Shown here piece by piece: positions 24,473 to 38,539 of a stretch of 64,000 nt of DNA. Position numbers and translations under genes: made by a program. The notes beneath the pieces were generated by a model that worked only from the letters and a program-made list of their open reading frames with translations, searched no databases and was not told the origin of the DNA. Numbering within the stretch: the stretch's first letter is position 1; each line of letters begins with the position of its first letter. This stretch comes from Octopus vulgaris (taxonomy: Eukaryota). The stretch is from positions 49,724,001 to 49,788,000 of the forward strand of contig OX597816.1 of assembly GCA_951406725.2 (NCBI GenBank), given 5' to 3'.

Positions 24473-24798
24473 CCTAGCAATATTGCAATGATTTAAAAGA
24501 AAATATCCAGCTTGCTTTATATTAGACAAAAATGATTTAATGATTCAACATATTTATTGCAAAACAGTATTTGATACTTTTATGGAATTAAGTCAGCAAG
24601 AAATGATTGAATCATGAAATCTAGTAATACAAATGTTCATTTTAATATCTCCGAGACTAAGCGTCACCAATGCACGTAGTTCGTTCGAAAATTTGGTGAA
24701 AATACAGGCATATATATGTGTGTACATGCGTGTGCGCGCTCACACGGGCGCGCGTATATACATATATAATTAAATATATATATAAGTAAATATTTACG

Positions 24799-24876
<78 letters not shown>

Positions 24877-24877
<1 letters not shown>

Positions 24878-25181
24878 CGTCACCCTTTTCAAGCCTAGCC
24901 ATGTGCATGACCCCGGTTTCTGTGGCGTATGTGTTCTCCCCAGCTGGACGGGATGCCAGCCCATCGCAGCGTTACTCAAGAAACAGGAAGAGAGAGTGAG
25001 AACAAGTTGTGTCGAAAGAGTAGAACGTACAACACGGGTCGCCATCCCCTCCCCTGCGGAGCCTCGTGGAGCTTTTAGGTGTTTTCGCCCAATAAACATA
25101 CACAGCGCCCTGTCTGGGAATGGAAACCGTGATTCTCCGACCGCGAGTTCGCTGCCCTAACCACTGGGCCATTGTGCCTCC
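24877..25181 (-). mobile_element. tRNA-headed SINE family B (tail type 2)
   Basis: Head and body match 21070..21265; the 3' part is different. Confidence 0.85.
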
Positions 25182-25184
25182 ACA

Positions 25185-25230
<46 letters not shown>

Positions 25231-25478
25231 CCTACCACCTACTGACAATCTGCTCATTTTCTCATGTACTCATTATATTTGATATTCTGTTCTACTAATA
25301 AATGTGCATGTATTCATCTAATACATTTATTACTATAATTCTATTTACCTACTCTACCTTATCTCGAACCAACCCACAAATCCCTAGCCCCAACGCATAA
25401 AAATACAAATCATAGTATCAGTCAGCCTGCTATAATGAATCCATAAAAAAACGTATAACACCTCAAAGTGTATATTTT

Positions 25479-25560
25479 CCCCTCTGAAGATATTACGCTC
25501 GGAAATATGAACATAATATTTCATTAATTCCCTGATTATAATTGAAACAGTTGTAAGGGG
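25479..25560 (+). ncRNA. Type I hammerhead motif with extended stem II region
   Basis: CCCCT-CTGAAGA-(~53 nt)-GAAA-CAGTTG-TA-AGGGG: 5-bp stem I, near-palindromic stem III, GUA triplet. Confidence 0.65.
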
Positions 25561-26952
25561 TAATGTTCGATTTGTTCTTGATAATAAACTCTTATCAACT
25601 TCACAATCTCAATTTTGTTCTTCCTTTATTTGAATATAAACTATAGGTTTTTATATGCAAACCCACTATTTTAAAGAAATCAATTCCCCACCAAATATTT
25701 GGTATTGAACAAAATTTCCTTGGATGACACCAATCCTTCATGAAGCTAACATAACCGCCAATATATATATATTTATATATATATATATAAACAACTTATA
25801 AATAAGGGCAAACGTAAAAATTTCTAATTACGAACTAACCCTGAAATCGGTCCGATATGGTAATAATGGAATTTTTTAGAAATTTATGTCGGCTTTTTTT
25901 TCGAGTACCGTGCGTATTGTGAAAAATTATATGGTAATGGACAATACGTCTAATTTTCGGCATATTTGGCATTAGAAATTTTTTCGTTTGCCCTTATTTA
26001 TAAGTTGTTTATAATTTTAACCTTTAAAGGTATTTTTTAATATGCTGGCCATTGATGAAAAATTTTTTCGAGAAAAATCTTATCCTACATTAAATATATA
26101 TACGTATATGTATGTGTGTGTGTGTGCATGTATTTTTGTATGTATGTGTGTGTTTGTGTCTTTGTGTATGTATGCGTATATAAGTATACATACACACACA
26201 CACGCGTGCCTGTAGTGTACACGCAATTTTGATCTGGAAAGCATTTTGCAATTTGAAAGTTGTTAAAAGATAACTAATTAAAATTTTGAAGTTTTCTAAA
26301 ATCGTAACATATTTTATGCTTCGCACTAGAGTGTTAAGTTCATTATTATGGTCTTATTATTAACATGAAGAGTTATTTTAATTGCATTAATTAGGGTATA
26401 ATGCCTCAGTTATCACCCACTACGAATTTTGTGAAAATAATATTCAATTAAATTAGCTACATTTTATCAGCTGTGTCATACCGGAAATTTTATACGATGC
26501 ACTGGATCATTCGATATTTTTCCCTAAAATGTCCATGGTATGCGATAATGTATTTTGTGATAAAGTTTATTAATTACTAATGAAAACAGTGTATAATAAT
26601 TTACAAGTATTGATTAAGAAATATGTGATGTCTGTGTGTATGCGTGCGTGTGTTAAATAGGTTAGGGCTGGGAGTTAGTTGTAGTTTTAGTAATGTTTTT
26701 TTGTAAGTGATTGCGGTGATATGAAGTCATGTGCAGTTGGGATGGGTTATAAATCTATCGATTTACACGTTTTGCCACTCCATTTTTTCAGTCTCTTCAT
26801 CTGTTTTCTCTCCTCATTTCTTTCTTCAGAAGCGTTTAAGTGGCTTGAAACGGAAAAAGATTTCCTCCATATTTCCTGAGCGTACAACTAATGCACATTT
26901 TTGTTGTTCTGTCACCTGCGCCTGTCTTGTTTGATTTTGCATAATTTTTAAC

Positions 26953-27119
26953 TACCTACCTTCTTCCAACCAACCAACCAACCTACCTACCTACCTACCT
27001 ACCTACCTACCTACCTACCTACCTGCATACCTACCTACCTACCTACCTACCTACCTACCTACCTACCTACCTATCTACCTACCTACCTACCTACCTGCAT
27101 ACCTACATACCTACCTACA
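26953..27119. repeat. (CCTA)n/(CCAA)n tetranucleotide microsatellite
   Basis: Direct reading. Confidence 0.95.
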
Positions 27120-27208
27120 CAATTACATATAACTTATTATGTATGTATATATCAACTATCTATCTATCTATGTAACTATCTATGTATCTGTATTACTCTT
27201 AATCTCCT

Positions 27209-27263
<55 letters not shown>

Positions 27264-28908
27264 GTGGGTCTGTTTGAGTGCGTGCGTGTATGTATACATG
27301 TATATATATATGTGTGTATGCGCATGTGTGTGTGTGTGTGTGTACGTACGTATATATGTATACGTGTGTGTGTATACTGTACTGTTCTGTGATGGTAAGA
27401 TCAACAAAAAAGTACTCCATCTGGTAAGAGATAAATATTATATACTACAGACAATATACTTTTTTATGTACCACTATTTGTTTGATGTCCTGAGAACATT
27501 GGAGATATTGTGTTATAACACGTATGGTATCCCAGCATAATCGTTAGACACTACCCACATGGGTGTCTATATATAAATGTGTGTATATATAAATGTATCT
27601 ACATGTATGTATATATGCATATATTGACAGACATATAGAAAGAAGAAGGAAATCCATAAATAGTTACACAAGTGTAGTACAGATATAATAGTTTTAATAT
27701 TTTCCTCATTTTTACTAGATATGTATCAGTTGATAACTCGCTACCGAGACTGCAACTTCTACAAAAACTATGGTAAACACAACAGACATACCTTCAACGC
27801 GGGGTTACGGACGTGCTACATTTAGCAAACAAAACCCTATGAAATCGCTAAGGATTAGTATTTATTGATACTTACAGCGAGAAAAAGACGGACTCTAACC
27901 TTTGGAACACATTTGATCTTATATCTCGGCAGGCAAACTTTGCTTGTCTACGAAGACACAGCAACGGAAGAAACAATAAACGAAAGACAATGAAGAAAAT
28001 ACAGCAGGAAATCTGAATGCTCAAAATAGGGTAAACGGGAAGATATTAATTTACAATAATAACTAGATAGCAATGAATAGGTTATCTATTTACTCAAAAC
28101 GTACTTTACTTTCTTTGCAATTGAACATCAATCTTATTTACGGTACTATATTCATATAAGTATATTCGGAAAATCTCATACGTATCTACTGATAACATTC
28201 TCATTATAACAGATTTTATAGTTTCCTTTTCCTTAAATCAAAAACTCATTTCTTTATTTATTGCTTGTTATGTAAGATTTCTTTTTTTTCTTTTTTGACG
28301 TGGATGTTTTCAAGAAAGGGATGGAAGGTCAAAATTGTATTATCTGCTTTCGGACGATTTATATTCACTAATATATTTGCCATACAGAATCACTTTTACA
28401 TCCATAGGTATATTTTTGCACGTAAATGGTACCCATGTAACTCTATTGACATTCGTAAACTTCCAAACAGAAATGCAGTCAGAAGACAGAAAATTGATTA
28501 ATTTCGCCTTGGTTTTTTCTAAAGATAGTGTTTGCTGTAAAATGTACAGATGCGATAATCATTAGATCAAAGCAACGAAGCGATTATTGTCGACTAAATT
28601 TCTATACATATGTTAATGATCTAATAATTCGAGAATCTTTTAACGCATGAATATTTGTAGACTATGGATATATGGAACACTACAGTGATATTTGTATAAT
28701 TTACATTTGTTACACAATACCACATATGTAATGCAAATTACGTATTTCATATATGTTTGAATATAGCTTTGCGCATGTATGTGCACATGTGTTCCTTTGC
28801 TTGTGTTTGGATCTCTGTGTGCTTGTGTGCATATATGCACATGAATTGCGTTATATTACATCATGGTGTACAAAAGACACTAAAATTATCTAGTTGTCAA
28901 TATTTTTA

Positions 28909-29040
28909 CCCTGATGAAAGTTGGCTTCACGGTAATGCATCCATCTCAGGCTGCTTATCTTTGACATTTTGCTCACTCCATCAGCTAACGTTACAAGTAT
29001 TACGTAATTCGTAATTCTCAAACCCAGAAACAGCTGTCGG
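28909..29040 (+). ncRNA. Type I hammerhead motif with long stem II insert (degenerate stem I)
   Basis: CC-CTGATGA-(~110 nt)-GAAA-CAGCTG-TC-GG; palindromic ACAGCTGT, GUC triplet. Confidence 0.5.
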
Positions 29041-29178
29041 ACCTCATTTACCACGCCCTTTCCTCTTAGCTTTCTTTATTTTTGTACTCCGCGTAAATAT
29101 ATAAATACCTATAACATTATACATGTGTGTTTTTTCAGTGAGAGTTGTCAGGGTTTGTTTCAATTTATATATATATAT

Positions 29179-29234
<56 letters not shown>

Positions 29235-30885
29235 CTTTAAATATTTACTTGCGCATATGCATACATGTATATTTTATATTTCAAGTTCAAACGTGTTTAT
29301 TTGCAACACTATCTCTATATCAACTGGTCTGGATTCATATCAGAGCCGCTCTTTAACCCCTCGGACTTAGTCCACAATAAAGATCATGGAGTGTCAGTTC
29401 AACCCATTTGAGCATTACTACGTGTTTTATACATTGAGCATCCCTGGATCTCACCTGCAAACATTATACATACATGCGTGTGTGCATATGTGCGAGCGTA
29501 TGTGCATGTGTGTGTGTGAGTGTATGTCTGTATGTATATATGTGTGTATGTATGCATATATCTATCTACCTGCACACACATTGACACACACTCACGCGCA
29601 CACACATACACTCACAAGCGTAGTTGTACAGGAATGAATATAGACAGACACTAATGTATAAAAGACTGGTGATGCTATTTACTCGATTCTCTTGCCTGTA
29701 AAATTTAATTGCGCCATTGCGTTGCAATATTTCCCCTTAAATGCTGTCTGATATTTTATGAGCACATACGCCCAAGAGAGTAGAAATATTATAAATCCGC
29801 TAACAATAAAACAGGTCTTGTAATAGGCTATGGTCTCTTCATGTTTCACACTCATAATCCTGAACCAACGACCCCATGCTTGTGCTGTCAGTAAAAATTA
29901 ATTTAAAGAAATCCATCGATTCTATATTTTAGCTCATGATAAAAGATTCCAGACGGACATTAGTTTCGTTGATAGAAAGAGGAAAAACACTAGAAAAAAA
30001 CAAAAATAAATTGCCATAATGCTTGCAAGAAGCGATAATTTTGATAATATCGATAAACAAAATTATGAGATTTTTTCAATATAGAACTCATGTACTTTTG
30101 GTAAACATTTGTTTAGGCTGGTGTGAATTTTATTACATACAAAATTTGGTGTATATTAGGTATTTATATTAATATATTTGTATTCAAGTAATAAATGACC
30201 AGTGTTCTCTTCTAACAGGTTGTTTTTCTTCGTTTCTCTGTATGATGATGTTGTTTGTGTTATCCGTGTGTTTTGTTTCTTCAATATTTGCTCTACTATT
30301 TTTAAAAGCACGAAATTTTGCTGATGTTGAAAGTTTTGCTCCAACGGGTTTTCAGTTAACTACTGAAGCATATTCACATTCAACAAAATGAGAAAATAAT
30401 TGGAGTATGACAATCATTTCATTACAAATAACATTTGATTGACGCAATGATAGAAAAAAACATCCCAAGTAAAAGAAAGACAAATATGGTTAGAAAGGAA
30501 AGATTCAAATTCATGAGACTTGTTTGTCACGTGATTTTTTTCTAGTTTGATGACGAAAAAGAAGAAAATATATCTATTATATTGTACGTTTTATATCATG
30601 CTATCAAAACAGAAATTGCACACTCAAACAGTATTTTTTGCAGAAATGAAAAGTAATTTCAAAGTACATTATAAAAGAATTTGAACAGAAAAAACCGATT
30701 TCTATTATCGAACGTTCATTTCTCATGGGCGGGTTTCTTGAAAAAGAATTTCCTTTTTATTTTCAATCATTATGTTCCTTTCCAGATTCTTGGGTCTTAA
30801 AAGCCAAACATAGCTTGTTAGTTTTATGTTTCGAATACTGAAATTATGTTCCTCCTCGCATGAAAAAGAATGACAACGACAGACA

Positions 30886-30929
<44 letters not shown>

Positions 30930-31089
30930 GACAGAGAGACAGAGAAAGAAAGAGGAAAACATGAAGAATGAAAGGCGGAGAGACAGAGGAGAGAGGTGTA
31001 GAGAGAGAAGAAGAGAAAGTGAAAGGATAGTATGAAATATCCTTAGAGGCAAAGTTTCCAAATGTTAATAAAAGATTTGTATTTATATA

Positions 31090-31156
<67 letters not shown>

Positions 31157-31587
31157 TTGAGTGCGTGTCTATATACACATAAATTATTTAAGCACATGCG
31201 CATCTGTATATATATATATATATACATGCTTATTGGTGTATCTAGATACAAATAAACACTAACTCACACGAGGGCGCACGCGTTGGCACACACACACATA
31301 CGCATACACACATATATAACTATGCAGCTATCAGTGTCTCACTCTCTGTGTTCGATTTTTATTATTTTATTTAACTGGACGATTTCACTACTGTTCTTCC
31401 TTGTAAACTGTGTGTGCTACTTTACATATACATAATAAGACACATGCTTAAATAAACAGATCCTTGAAAGACCACGTATAAACTGTTAGGCATATATAAG
31501 GATATCTATATTTGGATATATGGATATCAATGCTTTGTCAAGTAAGATCTTGAGCACTAATTCTCAAAAGGAGAAAACAAATAAAGC

Positions 31588-31645
<58 letters not shown>

Positions 31646-31699
31646 CGTTTTATTCGCATATTCGTTATATATATATATATATATGTATGTGATGTGTGT

Positions 31700-31744
<45 letters not shown>

Positions 31745-33019
31745 GTTCACACACACACACACACAGACACACAGGCACGAAACTGAGACATACGCCCATA
31801 TAGAAGTACTTTTAAAATGCCTATTTATGTATTTAGATAGAAAAGTGCGTCAATACAAATAAATACAAATATTTTCTGCGCTTCGTATTTCTCACATAAG
31901 AGCAGGTAACTTCAAATTTTATCCCAGAGGATTGTATAACGTAATGTATTTATTTGGTGCTCGGAACATTTCATTGAAAATGTTTTATAAATTCCATCGG
32001 TGACTATACTAAATACTACAGAAATCAACAAGTGAGATCAGAAACGAAGAAAAGTAATGGAATATTAAGTTGGCAAAAATTATTTTATACATTTACGTAA
32101 TTCTATATACCATTGTGACAGAAAGGAAGGCTCTTTCATGCAAATTTCTTCAGGGAAAAGTATTTTAAATTGCTTAGAAAGCAATTCAACACACATGTTT
32201 CAACTCCGTAAATAAGAACTAGTGTGTTTAAAAGCCCGTTTTGCAACCACTGCGCTCTTGAAGAGCTTATGAGTGAATTTGATCTGCGAAAACTGTGGAC
32301 TCCTTGCATAGAAACACACCTGTACAGATACATATATAAACATGTACATGCAGGAACAATGGCAGCAACGAATAAAGTAATGTAATAAGAAAAATATCAA
32401 CACAATAAACTTTCTACAAAGTCATGGCCTCCAAAAACCTGGTCCACCGGAACGTAGCATATGAGTATAACCAAACATACTAGAAATTAATCGGGTAAAG
32501 TATTGTGACTCGTAGAAAGAATCAATTGATTTATCTTTCGACATAAATATCTGGAATGTTGAACTCTAGTCCAAGTTTATGTTAGCTTTAATTAATCTAT
32601 CGGAATAGAATTATTTATAAAACAATTATGTGATGAGGTGTTTCGTTTTTCATTATATTACCAGCATTGCCATGAAATATAGCTTGTAAATGATTCTGAA
32701 AAAATTCAATAAATATGGAATATGTGAAAAAACATATTCCATATTTTATGTTCATGAGTCCCAGATTTCTTTATATTTCAATTCCTTGGAGAAAACAATA
32801 TTTGTAATAAAAAATATTATAGACTAACGATGAAATGCTAAATGAATGCAATTTACCCGCGGAAACCTTTCGTTAAGAATTCCACAAATGTAATTAAATA
32901 AATGAATGAAACTTGTTAGATTGTAATAAATTATCACTATCAACAATAATGATAATTATTTCAAACTTTGGCACAAGGCTAAAAGTAATAATAATAATGT
33001 CAATAATAATAGTAGTTTC

Positions 33020-33185
33020 CAATTTTGGCACAAGGCCAGCAAGTTCGGGGAAGGTGTAAATATATTCCATCGACACCAAATGGTACTCATTTTACTGATC
33101 ACGAAATGATGAAAAGCAAAATCAGCGTCGGCGGAATTTGAACTGAGAATGTAAAGGCGGCCGAAATGCTGTCAAGTATTTTGCT
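33020..33185 (-). mobile_element. SINE family C, diverged
   Basis: TTTTGGCACAAGGCCAGCAA..GGCGGAATTTGAACTGAGAATGTAAAG. Confidence 0.7.
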
Positions 33186-33402
33186 CGAAGAGAAATATGA
33201 AAAATAAAATGCTGAATGCTGAATAGTTAAGAAGACATGGTAAAACATCTTTTTAAGTGGCTAGCTTCGAGAGTTGCATTGCCACGCCTTCGGTACGATG
33301 TGTTTATTTATTTTGGTACTTTTGACTTTAAGAGTCCCTTCTAGCGTGTGGCATTTATGTATAATAATGCTCTCTATATAATATAATATAATAGAATATC
33401 TA

Positions 33403-33553
33403 TACGACGGAGTTCTTTCAGTTTCCGTGTACGAAATCCACTCACAAGGCTTTGGTCGACCCGAAGTTATAGCAGAAGACATCTGCCCAAAGTGTCACAC
33501 AGTGGGAGTAAACCGGAAACCATGTGGTTGAGAAGCAAGCTTTTTATCACACA
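33403..33553 (-). mobile_element. SINE family A, 5' half
   Basis: CTTTCAGTTTCCGT..AAATCCACTCACAAGGCTTTGGTCG..AACCATGTGGTTG. Confidence 0.8.
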
Positions 33554-33997
33554 AGAGAGAAAGAAAGTGGGTGTAAGAGAGAGGGAAGTGGTCGAGCGAG
33601 ATTGATGTGCTCGCGTTAACGGGTATTCAATGTACAAAGACAATGTTCTTGCATAGCAGAATGTAATTTAGACAAACAGCAAGACTTTTAACCGTCACCG
33701 ATGTGTGCGATCGACGATATTCGGCAAACGTATACAAATGCGTTAATCTGTATGTTTAGAAGAGTTTATTTCGGTCTGATTGTTTTCTTACGTACCTCAG
33801 ACAACCTTATAGAACGTTATAGCAAATATCTTTTCACAAAAACTTCACTAAGAGAAAATACAGTTGGCAAATGTTTGTTGCTAAATCAATTAATTAAAGA
33901 TTGATGCCCTGTTTAACTTGTTACCTTAATTGCTTCTATTAACTGTTTTAAAAGGCTATGTTACACGTCCGAGATTCAACTATATTTATAAATACGT

Positions 33998-34380
33998 CGC
34001 TGTGTGGGGAAAAAGATTGCTTCCCGAGCACATGGTACTTGGTTGAGTCCCACTGCGGAGCACCTTGGGCGACGATTTGTTACACTGAAACTAAGAGTGG
34101 CCCCTTGTATCCACACACACGCACACACACACACACACACACATACACACACACACACTCACACACACGCGCGCTAACATTTATCTGTAGATATTTATAC
34201 GTGTGTTTCTATATGTCAATCTTTGTCCCTACCATCGTTTGACAACCGATGTTGTTTTGTTTACGTCCCCGTAGTTTTCCAGTTCGATAAAAGAGTCCGC
34301 TAGAATAATTACCAGAATTTAAAAAAAAAACCTTCAAGTCGACGACTCATAGTAGCAATCCAATCAGTGAAACAAATAAA
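33998..34380 (+). mobile_element. SINE family A, degenerate
   Basis: CACATGGT..GTCCCACTGCGGAGCACCTTGGGC, a CA tract, then TTGACAACCGATG. Confidence 0.65.
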
Positions 34381-35050
34381 ATATTAAAAGGAAAAATTGC
34401 CACGTTTGAAGAGGTGGGTCGCAAAACAATTTCCTAGAATATTTATCGTTGAACCCGTATGGGGACGATATCTGGGTACGTCAATGCAACAAATACTAAA
34501 TTATATTCTGCCATTCCGTGCGTCTCTTATTGAGCGCAATAATGAAAACTGCGGTCATATTTCGTTATTATTTGATCATGTCAGCAAATCATAGACAATC
34601 CAAACTTCATTCGTTGAAGAATTTCTTGCAGCGAAGATACTTTTCATTAGAGAATAATTCATAAGCTGGGAAATGTTTCCAAATTGCATTGAATAGCTTA
34701 GCCAAAGGTGCTTTCGGTAGGAGACATATTCATATAAGTATAATCAAAAATGAATCGCATAATGAAGTAAGTCTCCTTCTAGGCTCTAGTGTCATGGTGT
34801 CTACATGTTCAATGTTTAGGTTTAAAAGTAGATCGTCCCGTAAATTGGACAGCAACCAGTGTTAACCCTAGGTGTCGATAGTACTCTTTCTCAGCTGAGT
34901 ATACAAGAGAAATGTACTATTTTGTATCTTCGTAATAAATGTAATGCTCAGACCGACCCGAAGATCGAACACACGAACTGACATTTGTGAGCCAAACACA
35001 GCCAGAACTCGCTACGTGCTCCGATTAAATGAATTTATAGCCTTAGTGTT

Positions 35051-35175
35051 TACTCTTTTACTCTTTTACTTGTTTCAGTCATTTGACTGCGGTCACGCTG
35101 GAGCACCGCCTTTAGTTGAGCAAATCGACCCCAGGACTTATTCTTTGTAAGCCAAGTACTTATTCTATCAGTCTA
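35051..35175 (-). mobile_element. SINE family A, 3' tail
   Basis: CTTTTACTTGTTTCAGTCATTTGACTGCGGTCACGCTGGAGCACCGCCTTTAGT. Confidence 0.8.
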
Positions 35176-35985
35176 AAGGACAGACGAAGTACCGTTAAGA
35201 AACGGTAGCCCGGCGCGCTACCGTTTCTTATTTCTTTATTGCCCACAAGGGGCTACACACAGAGGGGACAGACAAACGGATTAAGTTGATTATATCGACC
35301 ACAGTGTGTAACTGGTACTTATTTTATCGAATCCCGAGAGGATGAAAGCAAAGTCGACCTGGGCGGAATTTGATCTCAGAACTTAATGGCAGACGAAATA
35401 CCTATTTCTTTACTACACACAAGGGGCTAAACACAGAGAAGACAAACAAGGACAGACAAACGGATTAAGTCGATTACATCGACCCCAGTGCGAAACTGGT
35501 ACTTAATTTATCGACCCCGAAAGGATGAAAGGCAAAGTTGACCTCGGCGGAATTTGAACTCAGAACGTACCGTTAAGAATTTCGCTCGGCTCGCTACCGT
35601 TTCTTATTTCTTTATTACCCTCAAGGGGCTACACACAGAGAGGACAAACAAGGACAGACAAACGGATTAAGTGGATTATATCGATCCCCAGTGCGTAACT
35701 GGTACTTATTTTATCGACTCCCGAAAGGATGAAAGGCAAAGTCGACCTGGGCGGAATTTGAACTCAGAACGTAACGGCAGACGAAATACCTATTTCTTTA
35801 CTACCCACAGAGAAGGACAGACAAACGGATTAAGTCGATTACATCGGCCCCAGTGCGAAACTGGTACTTAATTTATCGACCCCGAAAGGATGAAAGGCAA
35901 AGTCGACCTCGGCGGAATTTGAACTCAGAACGTACCGTTAAGTATTTCGCCCTGCGCGCTAACGTTTCTGCCAGCTCGCCGCCTT
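35176..35985 (-). repeat. Tandem array of four SINE family C (Nin-domain-like) units
   Basis: Four copies of ACAAACGGATTAAG..CGACCCCAGTG..GGTACTT..GGATGAAAGGCAAAGTCGACCT.GGCGGAATTTGAACTCAGAAC; complete head (GGCGGCGAGCTGGCAGAAACGTTAGC on the minus strand) only at the right end. Confidence 0.88.
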
Positions 35986-36588
35986 AAAATATAAGCCTCC
36001 AAGGCGAGGAATCTTTTAGAAAAAATGTTAGCATTAATAGATATTTTTTTCACGAGTCGCACGGGAGACTTTCAAAATACTCTGAACGCCTCAAAAGCAT
36101 AGGAAATCATGCAAGGTATTGAAATTTTTTTTCAGTTAAACGTAATCTCCAAAATTCTAAAAGCTATACGGATTAACGAATATTTCACTAAAGGCAGACA
36201 ATAAGTCTAACACATCTGAGCAGTTGTCACCGTAGCTAGCAAGCTTGCATTCATTCCGCACAGAAGTGTAACCTTCATTTGCCTATGTTTGATTGATTGG
36301 TTAGGACTTGTCGTCTTTGCCTCTTATGAGAATAAATTTCATTAAAGCTAAAGCGTTACTCGTTACTCTTATTGCATTTCGTTAAAGACTGTAGCTCAAC
36401 ACATCATATAGTTGGTTCTCTGTAAATATGTATTTCCCTCGAGGGGTCTACTTGGGAAATGTTTCAATATTCATACACAACCCTAGATATACATACATAT
36501 ACATATGAATGTATATATATTGTGTGTGTGTATTTTATGTATGTATATATATCCATATCTATCTATCTATCTCTCTGTCAATATATAT

Positions 36589-36623
<35 letters not shown>

Positions 36624-36835
36624 GTATATATACTGACAGAGAGATAGATAGATAGATATGGATATATATGGATATATATATATATATATATTATGAAGGA
36701 GAGAATTATATCATTGCCGAGGAGATTTTCTTATGGCAGAGAAATGAGTTTTGGCTGTTATTTCTAAATTTCGGTATGTGTTGAAGTATATTTGTTTGCT
36801 GAACCCTAATTGTGATTATACTCATAATTATAAGA

Positions 36836-37235
<400 letters not shown>

Positions 37236-38539
37236 AGATACATATATGCCAAACTTTGAACAGAAGATACGCCTACAAAATATGCCACGTGTCATGCATC
37301 TGAAGTTAGAAATTTCCTCCTAAGTTATTCATAACTATAGGGTAAAGGATGTACGAGATAGGATTGAGATAGCAGCAATTTAGGCATTTTACGAAGTTTG
37401 CATTCTTATGTAAACGTATCATACATTTAACATTTATGCAGATTCCATATTGGTTTAAAGCTGACAGATCACTCGAAATCAGACACTATCCTTGCTAAAA
37501 ATATTTGTATTGAAAATAGTCATGTCTGTAACAAGAAAGGAGATTCTTTATACATGGATACTTGGACTGCATTCAATTCTGTTTATTCTACTTAAGTTAT
37601 TTAGATAAATCAACGATTGAGGAACTGGAGAATGTTCCAAGTAAATGAATCAATTATGGATATTTTATTTGGCTAGCAGCCAATACACCATAATTCTTTA
37701 ACGATTTCATCAGTGATTTTCTTCGTTACTGAAGAATACATCAAAGTTGTTTTAAATTACATGAATATTTTACATGCCATTTTAAATTAAATTTTGTTGC
37801 CAGTACTATCTTTAAACATGTAACAGCTAATAGAATGCTCTGGCAAAAGTAAACGATTTCTCCTCGTAGTATTTTTTCAACTAAAATCATTAGACACTCT
37901 ACCTGGTTGTTTTGTTGCTAGACAGCGTCGAAAAAAAAGTTTTATTTTTTGTAATTAGCGCAAACAAATGATGTAAATTGATTTTATCATCAACATGATG
38001 AAAAGTACAAAATAATGCATGAATCTGATTTTTTTTTGTTTTCGCTTTTGAAAAGTGTTTATCTCAAACATGTAGAACTGGAAAAAAAGCTATTCATAAT
38101 TAAATATATTTTATAGCATTTATCTCTCTGTATTTTCGTGAAAGCGAAATAAAATGTCTAACGAATTCCATTGCAATTAGTCATAGTAAACAGAGGCCAT
38201 GATACAAACTGACCCGTTTATCGTTTGATGAGATTCATGCAGAATCTGTATTCAAAATATACATTAAAGAATTACTTCCTCCGTTAGTTACAGAATCAGG
38301 CTGGTTATCTTTTTTATCAATTTTACCATTCTGCGAGATATGAGGATACAACGGGAAGGGAAGCCCTTTCAACTTGTTGAATTATCCATAACTGTTTCCG
38401 ATCTTTATAGTTGAAATCAATCGATTAAAGTAGTAGCGATACTAAAGCGATATGAAATATATAATTCATATCAGTAATAAATGTATAACATCTACAATAG
38501 TTATAATAGTAATAATAATGGTTCCAGGTTTTGGTAAAA

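Noticed and set aside
27720-28060. Possible further Naiad endonuclease remnant (TFNAGLRTCYI)
   Set aside because: A single weak motif with no continuous frame.
35176-35985. CRISPR-like repeat array
   Set aside because: Units are ~190 bp SINE-derived repeats without unique spacers; eukaryotic context and no cas genes.
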